From: the human T2T-CHM13v2.0 reference genome, Homo sapiens
Strand: one strand, 5' to 3'
DNA length: 64,000 bases
Assembly (NCBI RefSeq): GCF_009914755.1
Contig: NC_060926.1
Part shown: piece after piece, positions 12,073 to 25,000 of the stretch
Layout: the number at the start of each line of letters is the position of its first letter
Numbering within the stretch: position 1 is the stretch's first letter
The notes under the pieces: model-generated
Seen by the model: the letters and a program-made list of their open reading frames with translations, nothing else
Database searches by the model: none
Told to the model about the DNA's origin: nothing
Program-made: the position numbers and the translations under genes

Positions 12073-15000
12073 CATTCCCAGAATCTTCTTTGTGATGTTT
12101 GCATTCAAGTCACAGAGTTGAACATTCCCTTTCATAGAGCAGGTTTGAAACACTCTTTTTGTAGTATCTGGATGTGGACATTTGGAGCGCTTTCAGGCCT
12201 ATGGTGAAAAAGGAAATATCTTCCCCTGAAAACTAGACAGAAGCATTCTCAGAATCTTATTTGTGATGTGCGCCCTCAACTAACAGTGTTGAAGCTTTCT
12301 TTTGATAGAGCAGTTTTGAAACACTCTTTTTGTAAAATCTGCAAGAGGATACTTGGATAGCTTTGAGGATTTCGTTGGAAACAGGATTGTCTTCATATAA
12401 ACTCTAGACAGAAGCATTCTCAGAAGCTTCATTGGGATGTTTCAATTGAAGTCACAGTGTTGAACAGTCCCTTTCATAGAGCAGGTTTGAAACACTCTTT
12501 TTGTAGTATCTGGAAGTGGACATTTGGAGAGATCTCAGGAATACGGTGATAAAGGAAATATCTTCCAATAAAAGCTAGATAGAAGCAATGTCAGAAACTT
12601 TTTCATGATGTATCTACTCAGCTAACAGAGTTGAACCTTTCTTTTGAGAGAACAGTTTTGAAACACTCTTTTTGTGGAATCTGCAAGTGGATATTTGTCT
12701 AGCTTTGAGGATTTCGTTGGAAACGGGATTACATATAAAAAGCAGACAGCAGCATTCCCAGAAACTTCTTTGTGATGTTTGCATTCAAGTCACCGAGTTG
12801 AACATTCCCTTTCATAGAGCAGGTTTGAAACACTCTTTTTGTAGTATCTGGATGTGGACATTTAGAGCGCTTTCAGTCCTATGGTGAAAAAGGAAATATC
12901 TTCCCCTGAAAACTAGACAGAAGCATTCTCAGAATCTTATTTGTGATGTGCGCCCTCAACTAACAGTGTTGAAGCTTTCTTTTGAAAGAGCAGTTTTGAA
13001 ACACTCTTTTTGTAAAATCTGCAAGAGGATATTTGGATAGCTTTGAGGATTTCATTGGAAACGGGATTGTCTCCATATAAACTCTAGACAGAAGCATTCT
13101 CAGAAGCTTCATTGGGATGTTTCAATTGAAGTCACAGTGTTGAACAGTCCCTTTCATAGAGCAGGTTTGAAACACTCTTTTTGTAGTATCTGGAAGTGGA
13201 CATTTGGAGCGCTCTCAGGACTACGGTGAAAAAGGAAATATCTTCCAATAAAAGCTACATAGAAGCAATATCAGAAACTTTTTCATGATGTATCTACTCA
13301 GCTAACAGAGTTGAACCTTTCTTTTGAGAGAGCAGTTTGGAAACACTCTTTTTGTGGAATCTGCAAGTGGATATTTGTCTAGCTTTGAGGATTTCGTTGG
13401 AAACGGGATTACATATAGAAAGCAGACAGCAGCATTCCCAGAAACTTCTTTGTGATGTTTGCATTCAAGTCACAGAGTTGAACATTCCCTTTCATAGAGC
13501 AGGTTTGAAACACTCTTTTTGTAGTATCTGGATGTGGACATTTGGAGCGCTTTCAGGCCTATGGTGAAAAAGGAAATATCTTCCCCTGAAAACTAGACAG
13601 AAGCATTCTCAGAATCTTATTTGTGATGTGCGCCCTCAACTAACAGTGTTGAAGCTTTCTTTTGATAGAGCAGTTTTGAAACACTCTTTTTGTAAAATCT
13701 GCAAGAGGATACTTGGATAGCTTTGAGGATTTCGTTGGAAACGGGATTGTCTTCATATAAACTCTAGACAGAAGCATTCTCAGAAGCTTCATTGGGATGT
13801 TTCAATTGAAGTCACAGTGTTGAACAGTCCCTTTCATAGAGCAGGTTTGAAACACTCTTTTTGTAGTATCTGGAAATGGACATTTGGAGAGATCTCAGGA
13901 ATACGGTGATAAAGGAAATATCTTCCAATAAAAGCTAGATAGAAGCAATGTCAGAAACTTTTTCATGATGTATCTACTCAGCTAACAGAGTTGAACCTTT
14001 CTTTTGAGAGAACAGTTTTGAAACACTCTTTTTGTGGAATCTGCAAGTGGATATTTGTCTAGCATTGAGGATTTCGTTGGAAACGGGATTACATATAAAA
14101 AGCAGACAGCAGCATTCCCAGAAACTTCTTTGTGATGTTTGCATTCAAGTCACCGAGTTGAACATTCCCTTTCATAGAGCAGGTTTGAAACACTCTTTTT
14201 GTAGTATCTGGATGTGGACATTTGGAGCGCTTTCAGGCCTATGGTGAAAAAGGAAATATCTTCCCCTGAAAACTAGACAGAAGCATTCTCAGAATCTTAT
14301 TTGTGATGTGCGCCCTCAACTAACAGTGTTGAAGCTTTCTTTTGATAGAGCAGTTTTGAAACACTCTTTTTGTAAAATCTGCAAGAGGATATTTGGATAG
14401 CTTTGAGGATTTCATTGGAAACGGGATTGTCTTCATATAAACTCTAGACAGAAGCATTCTCAGAAGCTACATTGGGATGTTTCAATTGAAGTCACAGTGT
14501 TGAACAGTCCCTTTCATAGAGCAGGTTTGAAACACTCTTTTTGTAGTATCTGGATGTGGACATTTGGAGCGCTTTCAGGCCTATGGTGAAAAAGGAAATA
14601 TCTTCCCCTGAAAACTAGACAGAAGCATTCTCAGAAACTTATTTGTGATGTGCGCCCTCAACTAACAGTGTTGAAGCTTTCTTTTGATAGAGCAGTTTTG
14701 AAACACTCTTTTTGGGGAATCTGCAAGTGGATATTTTTCTAGCTTTGAGGATTTCGTTGGAAACGGGATTACATATAAAAAGCAGACAGCAGCATTCCCG
14801 GAATCTTGTTTGTGATGTTTGCATTCAAGTCACAGAGTTGAACATTCCCTTTCAGAGAGCAGGTTTGAAACACTCTTTTTGTAGTATCTGGATGTGGACA
14901 TTTGCAGCGCTTTCAGGCCTATGGTGAAAAAGGAAATATCTTCTCCTGAAAACTAGACAGAAGCATTCTCAGAATCTTGTTTGTGATGTGCGCCCTCAAC

Positions 15001-15305
15001 TAACAGTGTTGAAGCTTTCTTTTGATAGAGCAGTTTTGAAACACTCTTTTCGTAAAATCTGCAAGAGGATATTTTGATAGCTTTGAGGATTTCGTTAGAA
15101 ACGGGATTGTCTTCATATAAACTCTAGACAGAAGCATTCTCAGAAGCTTCATTGGGATGTTTCAATTGAAGTCACAGTGTTGAACAGTCCCTGTCATAGA
15201 GCAGGTTTGAAACACTCTTTTTGTAGTATCTGGAAGTGGACATTTGGAGAGATCTCAGGAATACGGTGATAAAGGAAATATCTTCCAATAAAAGCTAGTT
15301 AGAAG

Positions 15306-15476
15306 CAATGTCAGAAACTTTTTCATGATGTATCTACTCAGCTAACAGAGTTGAACCTTTCTTTTGAGAGAGCAGTTTTGAAACACTCTTTTTGTAGTAT
15401 CTGGAAGTGGACATTTGGAACGCTCTCAGGACTGCGGTGAAAAAGGAAATATCTTCCAATAAAAGCTAGATAGAAG
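15306..15476 (+). repeat. A/D chimeric monomer producing an 851-bp 5-mer variant (also 17174, 18705, 24651, 26182)
   Basis: A 5' half (CAATGTCAG...GAGAGAGCAG) followed by D 3' half (AGTATCTGGAAGTGGAC...AATAAAAGCT), then a full A; 851-bp phase steps (16580>17431, 24057>24908). Confidence 0.92.
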
Positions 15477-16099
15477 CAATGCCACAAACTTTTTCATGAT
15501 ATATCTACTCAGCTAACAGAGTTGGACCTTTCTTTTGAGAGAGCAGTTTTGAAACACTCTTTTTGTGGAATCTGCAAGTGGATATTTGTCTAGCTTTGAG
15601 GATTTCGTTGGAAACGGGATTACATATAAAAAGCAGACAGCAGCATTCCCAGAAACTTCTTTGTGATGTTTGCATTTAAGTCACAGAGTTGAACATTCCC
15701 TTTCATAGAGCAGGTTTGAAACACTCTTTTTGTAGAATCTGTATGTGTACATTTGGAGCGCTTTCAGGCCTATGGTGAAAAAGGAAATATCTTCCCCTGA
15801 AAACTAGACAGAAGCATTCTCAGAAACTTATTTGTGATGTGCGCCCTCAACTAACAGTGTTGAACCTTTCTTTTGATAGAGCCGTTTTGAAACACTCTTT
15901 TTGTAATATCTGCAAGAGGATATTTGGATAGCTTTGAGGATTTCGTTGGAAACAGGATTGTCTTCATATAAACTCTAGACAGAAGCATTCTCAGAAGCTT
16001 CATTGGGATGTTTCAATTGAAGTCACAGTGTTGAACAGTCCCTTTCATAGAGCAGGTTTGAAACACTCTTTTTGTAGTATCTGGAAGTGGACATTTGGA

Positions 16100-19000
16100 G
16101 CGCTCTCAGGACTGCGGTGAAAAAGGAAATATCTTCCAATAAAGGCTACATAGAAGCAATGTCAGAAACTTTTTCATGATGTATCTACTCAGCTAACAGA
16201 GTTGAACCTTCCTTTGAGAGAGCAGTTTTGAAACACTCTTTTTGTGGAATCTGCAAGTGGATATTTGTCTAGCTTTGAGGATTTCGTTGGAAACGGGATT
16301 ACATATAAAAAGCAGACAGCAGCATTCCCAGAAACTTCTTTGTGATGTTTGCATTCAAGTCACAGAGTTGAACATTCCCTTTCATAGAGCAGGATTGAAA
16401 CACTCTTTTTGTAGTATCTGGATGTGGACATTTGGAGCGCTTTCAGGCCTAAGGTGAAAAAGGAAATATCTTCCCCTGAAAACTAGACAGAAGCATTCTC
16501 AGAAACTTATTTGTGATGTGCGCCCTCAACTAACAGTGTTGAAGCTTTCTTTTGATAGAGCAGTTTTGAAACACTCTTTTTGTGGAATCTGCAAGTGGAT
16601 ATTTTTCTAGCTTTGAGGATTTCGTTGGAAACGGGATTACATATAAAAAGCAGACAGCAGCATTCCCAGAATCTTGTTTGTGATGTTTGCATTCAACTCA
16701 CAGAGTTGAACATTCCCTTTCAGAGAGCAGGTTTGAAACACTCTTTTTATAGTATCTGGATGTGGACATTTGGAGCGCTTTCAGGCCTATGGTGAAAAAG
16801 GAAATATCTTCTCCTGAAAACTAGACAGAAGCATTCTCAGAATCTTATTTGTGATGTGCTCCCTCAACTAACAGTGTTGAAGCTTTCTTTTGATAGAGCA
16901 GTTTTGAAACACTCTTTTCGTAAAATCTGCAAGAGGATATTTTGATAGATTTGAGGATTTCGTTGGAAACGGGATTGTCTTCATATAAACTCTAGACAGA
17001 AGCATTCTCAGAAGCTTCATTGGGATGTTTCAATTGAAGTCACAGTGTTGAACAGTCCCTGTCATAGAGCAGGTTTGAAACACTCTTTTTGTAGTATCTG
17101 GAACTGGACATTTGGAGAGATCTCAGGAATACGGTGATAAAGGAAATATCTTCCAATAAAAGCTAGATAGAAGCAATGTCAGAAACTTTTTCATGATGTA
17201 TCTACTCAGCTAACAGAGTTGAACCTTTCTTTTGAGAGAGCAGTTTTGAAACACTCTTTTTGTAGTATCTGGAAGTGGACATTTGGAGCGCTCTCAGGAC
17301 TGCGGTGAAAAAGGAAATATCTTCCAATAAAAGCTAGATAGAACCAATGTCAGAAACTTTTTCATGATGTATCCACTCAGCTAACAGAGTTGAACCTTTC
17401 TTTTGAGAGAGCAGTTTTGAAACACTCTTTTTGTGGAATCTGCAAGTGGATATTTGTCTACATTTGAGGATTTCGTTGGAAACGGGATTACATATAAAAA
17501 GCAGACAGCAGCATTCCCAGAAACTTCTTTGTGATGTTTGCATTCAAGTCACAGAGTTGAACATTCCCTTTCATAGAGCAGGTTTGAAACACTCTTTTTG
17601 TAGAATCTGTATGTGGACATTTGGAGCGCTTTCAGGCCTATGGTGAAAAAGGAAATATCTTCCCCTGAAAACTAGACAGAAGCATTCTCAGAAACTTATT
17701 TGTGATGTGCGCCCTCAACTAACAGTGTTGAACCTTTCTTTTGATAGAGCAGTTTTGAAACACTCTTTTTGTAATATCTGCAAGAGGATATTTTGATAGC
17801 TTTGAGGATTTCGTTGGAAACGGGATTGTCTTCATATAAACTCTAGACAGAAGCATTCTCAGAAGCTTCAATGGGATGTTTCAATTGAAGTCACAGTGTT
17901 GAACAGTTCCTTTCATAGAGCAGGTTTGAAACACTCTTTTTGTAGTATCTGGAAGTGGACATTTGGAGCGCTCTCAGGACTAAGGTGATAAAGGAAATAT
18001 CTTCCAATAAAAGCTAGATTGAAGCAATGTCAGAAACTTTTTCATGACGTATCTACTCAGCTAACAGAGTTGAAACTTTCCTTTGAGAGAGCAGTTTTGA
18101 AACACTCTTTTTGTGGAATCTGCAAGTGGATATTTGTCTAGCTTTGAGGATTTCGTTGGAAACGGGATTACATATAAAAAGCAGACAGCAGCATTCCCAG
18201 TAACTTCTTTGTGATGTTTGCATTCAAGTCACAGAGTTGAACATTCCCTTTCATAGAGCAGGTTTGAAACACTCTTTTTGTAGTATCTGGATGTGGACAT
18301 TTGGAGCGCTTTCAGGCCTATGGTGAAAAAGGAAATATCTTCTCCTGAAAACTAGACAGAAGCATTCTCAGAATCTTATTTGTGATGTGCGCCCTCAACT
18401 AACAGTGTTGAAGCTTTCTTTTGATAGAGCAGTTTTGAAACACTCTTTTCGTAAAATCTGCAAGAGGATATTTTGATAGCTTTGAGGATTTCGTTGGAAA
18501 CGAGATTGTCTTCATATAAACTCTACACAGAAGCATTCTCAGAAGCTTCATTGGGATGTTTCAATTGAAGTCACAGTGTTGAACAGTCCCTGTCATACAG
18601 CAGGTTTGAAAAACTCTTTTTGTAGTATCTGGAAGTGGACATTTGGAGAGATCTCAGGAATACGGTGATAAAGGAAATATCTTCCAATAAAAGCTAGATA
18701 GAAGCAATGTCAGAAACTTTTTCATGATGTATCCACTCAGCTAACAGAGTTGAACCTTTCTTTTGAGAGAGCAGTTTTGAAACACTCTTTTTGTAGTATC
18801 TGGAAGTGGACATTTGGAGCGTTCTCAGGACTGCGGTGAAAAAGGAAATATCTTCCAATAAAAGCTAGATAGAAGCAATGTCAGCAACTTTTTCATGATG
18901 TATCTACTCAGCTAACAGAGTTGAACCTTTCTTTTGAGAGAGCAGTTTTGAAACACTCTTTTTGTGGAATCTGCAAGTGGATATTTGTCTAGCTTTGAGG

Positions 19001-22000
19001 ATTTCGTTGGAAACGGGATTACATTTAAAAAGCAGACAGCAGCATTCCCAGAACTTCTTTGTGATGTTTGCATTCAAGTCACAGAGTTGAACATTCCCTT
19101 TCATAGAGCAGGTTTGAAACACTCTTTTTGTAGTATCTGTATGTGGACATTTGGAGCGCTTTCAGGCCTATGGTGAAAAAGGAAATATCTTCCCCTGAAA
19201 ACTAGACAGAAGCATTCTCAGAAACTTATTTGTGATGTGCGCCCTCAACTAACAGTGTTGAACCTTTCTTTTGATAGAGCAGTTTTGAAACACTCTTTTT
19301 GTAATATCTGCAAGAGGATATTTGGATAGCTTTGAGGATTTCGTTGGAAACGGGATTGTCTTCATATAAACTCTAGACAGAAGCATTCTCAGAAGCTTCA
19401 ATGGGATGTTTCAATTGAAGTCACAGTGTTGAAGAGTTCCTTTCATAGAGCAGGTTTGAAACACTCTTTTTGTAGTATCTGGAAGTGGACATTTGGAGCG
19501 CTCTCAGGACTAAGGTGATAAAGGATATATCTTCCAATAAAAGCTAGATTGAAGCAATGTCAGAAACTTTTTCATGACGTATCTACTCAGCTAACAGAGT
19601 TGAAACTTTCCTTTGAGAGAGCAGTTTTGAAACACTCTTTTTGTGGAATCTGCAAGTGGATATTTGTCTAGCTTTGAGGATTTCGTTGGAAACGGGATTA
19701 CATATAAAAAGCAGACAGCAGCATTCCCAGTAACTTCTTTGTGATGTTTGCATTCAAGTCACAGAGTTGAACATTCCCTTTCATAGAGCAGGTTTGAAAC
19801 ACTCTTTTTGTAGTATCTGTATGTGGACATTTGGAGCGCTTTCAGTCCTATGGTGAAAAAGGAAATATCTTCCCCTGAAAACTAGACAGAAGCATTCTCA
19901 GAAACTTATTTGTGATGTGCGCCCTCAACTAACAGTGTTGAACCTTTCTTTTGATAGAGCAGTTTTGAAACACTCTTTTTGTAATATCTGCAAGAGGATA
20001 TTTGGATAGATTTGAGGATTTCTTTGGAAAGGGGATTGTCTTCATATAAACTCTAGACAGAAGCATTCTCAGAAGCTTCATTGGGATGTTTCAATTGAAG
20101 TCACAGTGTTGAACAGTTCCTTTCATAGAGCAGGTTTGAAACACTCTTTTTGTAGTATCTGGAAGTGGACATTTGCAGCGCTCTCAGGACTACGGTGATA
20201 AAGGAAATATCTTCCAATAAAAGCTAGATAGAAGCAATGTCAGAAACTTTTTCATGATGTATCTACTCAGCTAACAGAGTTGAAACTTTCCTTTGAGAGA
20301 GCAGTTTTGAAACACTCTTTTTGTGGAATCTGCAAGTGGATATTTGTCTAGCTTTGAGGATTTCGTTGGAAACGGGATTACACATAAAAAGCAGACAGCA
20401 GCATTCCCATTAACTTCTTTGTGATGTTTGCATTCAAGTCACAGAGTTGAACATTCCCTTTCATAGAGCAGGTTTGAAACACTCTTTTTGTAGTATCTGG
20501 ATGTGGACATTTGGAGCGCTTTCAGGCCTATGGTGAAAAAGGAAATATCTTCCCCTGAAAACTAGACAGAAGCATTCTCAGAAACTTATTTGTGATGTGC
20601 GCCCTCAACTAACAGTGTTGAACCTTTCTTTTGATAGAGCAGTTTTGAAACACTCTTTTTGTAATATCTGCAAGAGGATATTTGGATAGCTTTGAGGATT
20701 TCGTTGGAAACGGGATTGACTTCATATAAACTCTAGACAGAAGCATTCTCAGAAGCTTCATTGGGATGTTTCAATTGAAGTCACAGTGTTGAACAGTCCC
20801 TTTCATAGAGCAGGTTTGAAACACTCTTTTTGTAGTATCTGGAAGTGGACATTTGGAGAGATCTCAGGAATAAGGTGACAAAGGAAATATCTTCCAATAA
20901 AAGCTAGATAGAAGCAATGTCAGAAAATTTCTCATGATGTATCTACTCAGCTAACAGAGTTGAACCTTTCTTTTGAGAGAGCAGTTTTGAAACACTCTTT
21001 TTGTGGAATCTGCAAGTGGATATTTGTCTAGCTTTGAGGATATCGTTGGAAACGGGATTACATATAAAAAGCAGACAGCAGCATTCCCAGTAACTTCTTT
21101 GTGATGTTTGCATTCAAGTCACAGAGTTGAACATTCCCTTTCATAGAGCAGGTTTGAAACACTCTTTTTGTAGTATCTGGATGTGGACATTTGGAGCGCT
21201 TTCAGGCCTATGGTGAAAAAGGAAATATCTTCCCCTGAAAACTAGACAGAAGCATTCTCAGAATCTTATTTGTGATGTGCGCCCTCAACTAACAGTGTTG
21301 AAGCTTTCTTTTGATAGAGCAGTTTTGAAACACCCTTTTTGTAAAATCTGCAAGAGGATATTTGGATAGCTTTGAGGATTTCGTTGGAAACAGGATTGTC
21401 TTCATATAAACTCTAGACAGAAGCATTCTCAGAAGCTTCATTGGGATGTTTCAATTGAAGTCACAGTGTTGAACAGTCCCTTTCATAGAGCAGGTTTGAA
21501 ACACTCTTTTTGTAGTATCTGGAAGTGGACATTTGGAGCGCTCTCAGGACTACAGTGAAAAAGGAAATATCTTCCAATAAAGGCTACATAGAAGCAATGT
21601 CAGAAACTTTTTCATGATGTATCTACTCAGCTAACAGATTTGAACCTTTCTTTTGAGAGAGCAGTTTTGAAACACTCTTTTTGTGGAATCTGCAAGTGGA
21701 TATTTGTCTAGCTTTGAGGATTTCGTTGGAAACGGGATTACATATAAAAAGCAGACAGCAGCATTCCCAGAAACTTCTTTGTGATGTTTGCATTCAAGTC
21801 ACAGAGTTGAACATTCCCTTTCATAGAGCAGGTTTGAAACACTCTTTTTGTAGTATCTGTATGTGGACATTTGGAGCGCTTTCAGGCCTATGGTGAAAAA
21901 GGAAATATCTTCCCCTGAAAATTAGACAGAAGCATTCTCAGAAATTTATTTGTGATGTGCGCCCTCAACTAACAGTGTTGAAGCTTTCTTTTGATAGCGC

Positions 22001-25000
22001 AGTTTTGAAACACTCTTTTTGTAAAATCTGCAAGAGGATATTTGGATAGCTTTGAGGATTTCGTTGGAAACGGGATTGTCTTCATATAAACTCTAGACAG
22101 AAGCATTCTCAGAAGCTTCATTGGGATGTTTCAATTGAAGTCACAGTGTTGAACAGTCCCTTTCATAGAGCAGGTTTGAAACACTCTTTTTGTAGTATCT
22201 GGAAGTGGACATTTGGAGCGCTCTCAGGACTGCGGTGAAAAAGGAAATATCTTCCAATAAAAGCTAGATAGAAGCAATGTCAGAAACTTTTTCATGATGT
22301 ATCTACTCAGCTAACAGAGTTGAACCTTCCTTTGAGAGAGCAGTTTTGAAACACTCTTTTTGTGAAATCTGCAAGTGGATATTTGTCTAGCTTTGAGGAT
22401 TTCGTTGGAAACGGGATTACATATAAAAAGCAGACAGCAGTATTCCCAGTAACTTCTTTGTGATGTTTGCATTCAAGTCACAGAGTTGAACATTCCCTTT
22501 CATAGAGCAGGTTTGAAACACTCTTTTTGTAGTATCTGGATGTGGACATTTGGAGTGCTTTCAGGCCTATGGTGAAAAAGGAAATATCTTCCCCTGAAAA
22601 CTAGACAGAAGCATTCTCAGAATCTTATTTGTGATGTGCGCCCTCAACTAACAGTGTTGAAGTTTTCTTTTGATAGAGCAGTTTTGAAACACTCTTTTTG
22701 TAAAATCTGCAAGAGTATATTTGGATAGCTTTGAGGATTTCGTTGGAAACGGGATTGTCTTCATATAAACTCTAGACAGAAGCATTCTCAGAAGCCTCAT
22801 TGGGATGTTTCAATTGAAGTCACAGTGTTGAACAGTCCCTTTCATAGAGCAGGTTTGAAACACTCTTTTTGTAGTATCTGGATGTGGACATTTGGAGCGC
22901 TTTCAGGCCTATGGTGAAAAAGGAAATATCTTCCCCTGAAAACTAGACAGAAGCATTCTCAGAATCTTATTTGTGATGTGCGCCCTCAACTAACAGTGTT
23001 GAAGCTTTCTTTTGATAGAGCAGTTTTGAAACACTCTTTTTGTGGAATCTGCAAGTGGATATTTGTCTAGCTTTGAGGATTTCGTTGGAAACGGGATTAC
23101 ATATAAAAAGCAGACAGCAGCATTCCCAGAAACTTCTTTGTGATGTTTGCATTCAAGTCACAGAGTTGAACATTCCCTTTCATAGAGCAGGTTTGAAACA
23201 CTCTTTTTGTAGTATCTGGATGTGGACATTTGGACCGCTTTCAGGCCTATGGTGAAAAAGGAAATATCTTCCCCTGAAAACTAGACAGAAGCATTCTCAG
23301 AAACTTATTTGTGATGTGCGCCCTCAACTAACAGTGTTGAAGCTTTCTTTTGATAGAGCAGTTTTGAAACACTCTTTTTGTAATATCTGCAAGAGGATAT
23401 TTGGATAGCTTTGAGGATTTCGTTGGAAACGGGATTGTCTTCATATAAACTCTAGACAGAAGCATTCTCAGAAGCTTCATTGGGATGTTTCAATTGAAGT
23501 CACAGTGTTGAACAGTCCCTTTCATAGAGCAGGTTTGAAACACTCTTTTTGTAGTATCTGGAAGTGGACATTTGGAGCGCTCTCAGGACTGCGGTGAAAA
23601 AGGAAATATCTTCCAATAAAAGCTAGATAGAAGCAATGTCAGAAACTTTTTCATGATGTATCTACTCAGCTAACAGAGTTGAACCTTCCTTTGAGAGAGC
23701 AGTTTTGAAACACTCTTTTTGTGGAATCTGCAAGTGGATATTTGTCTAGCTTTGAGGATTTCGTTGGAAACGGGATTACATATAAAAAGCAGACAGCAGC
23801 ATTCCCAGAAACTTCTTTGTGATGTTTGCATTCAAGTCACAGAGTTGAACATTCCCTTTCATAGAGCAGGATTGAAACACTCTTTTTGTAGTATCTGGAT
23901 GTGGACATTTGGAGCGCTTTCAGGCCTAAGGTGAAAAAGGAAATATCTTCCCCTGAAAACTAGACAGAAGCATTCTCAGAAACTTATTTGTGATGTGCGC
24001 CCTCAACTAACAGTGTTGAAGCTTTCTTTTGATAGAGCAGTTTTGAAACACTCTTTTTGTGGAATCTGCAAGTGGATATTTTTCTAGCTTTGAGGATTTC
24101 GTTGGAAACGGGATTACATATAAAAAGCAGACAGCAGCATTCCCAGAATCTTGTTTGTGATGTTTGCATTCAACTCACAGAGTTGAACATTCCCTTTCAG
24201 AGAGCAGGTTTGAAACACTCTTTTTATAGTATCTGGATGTGGACATTTGGAGCGCTTTCAGGCCTATGGTGAAAAAGGAAATATCTTCTCCTGAAAACTA
24301 GACAGAAGCATTCTCAGAATCTTATTTGTGATGTGCTCCCTCAACTAACAGTGTTGAAGCTTTCTTTTGATAGAGCAGTTTTGAAACACTCTTTTCGTAA
24401 AATCTGCAAGAGGATATTTTGATAGATTTGAGGATTTCGTTGGAAACGGGATTGTCTTCATATAAACTCTAGACAGAAGCATTCTCAGAAGCTTCATTGG
24501 GATGTTTCAATTGAAGTCACAGTGTTGAACAGTCCCTGTCATAGAGCAGGTTTGAAACACTCTTTTTGTAGTATCTGGAACTGGACATTTGGAGAGATCT
24601 CAGGAATACGGTGATAAAGGAAATATCTTCCAATAAAAGCTAGATAGAAGCAATGTCAGAAACTTTTTCATGATGTATCTACTCAGCTAACAGAGTTGAA
24701 CCTTTCTTTTGAGAGAGCAGTTTTGAAACACTCTTTTTGTAGTATCTGGAAGTGGACATTTGGAGCGCTCTCAGGACTGCGGTGAAAAAGGAAATATCTT
24801 CCAATAAAAGCTAGATAGAACCAATGTCAGAAACTTTTTCATGATGTATCCACTCAGCTAACAGAGTTGAACCTTTCTTTTGAGAGAGCAGTTTTGAAAC
24901 ACTCTTTTTGTGGAATCTGCAAGTGGATATTTGTCTACATTTGAGGATTTCGTTGGAAACGGGATTACATATAAAAAGCAGACAGCAGCATTCCCAGAAA

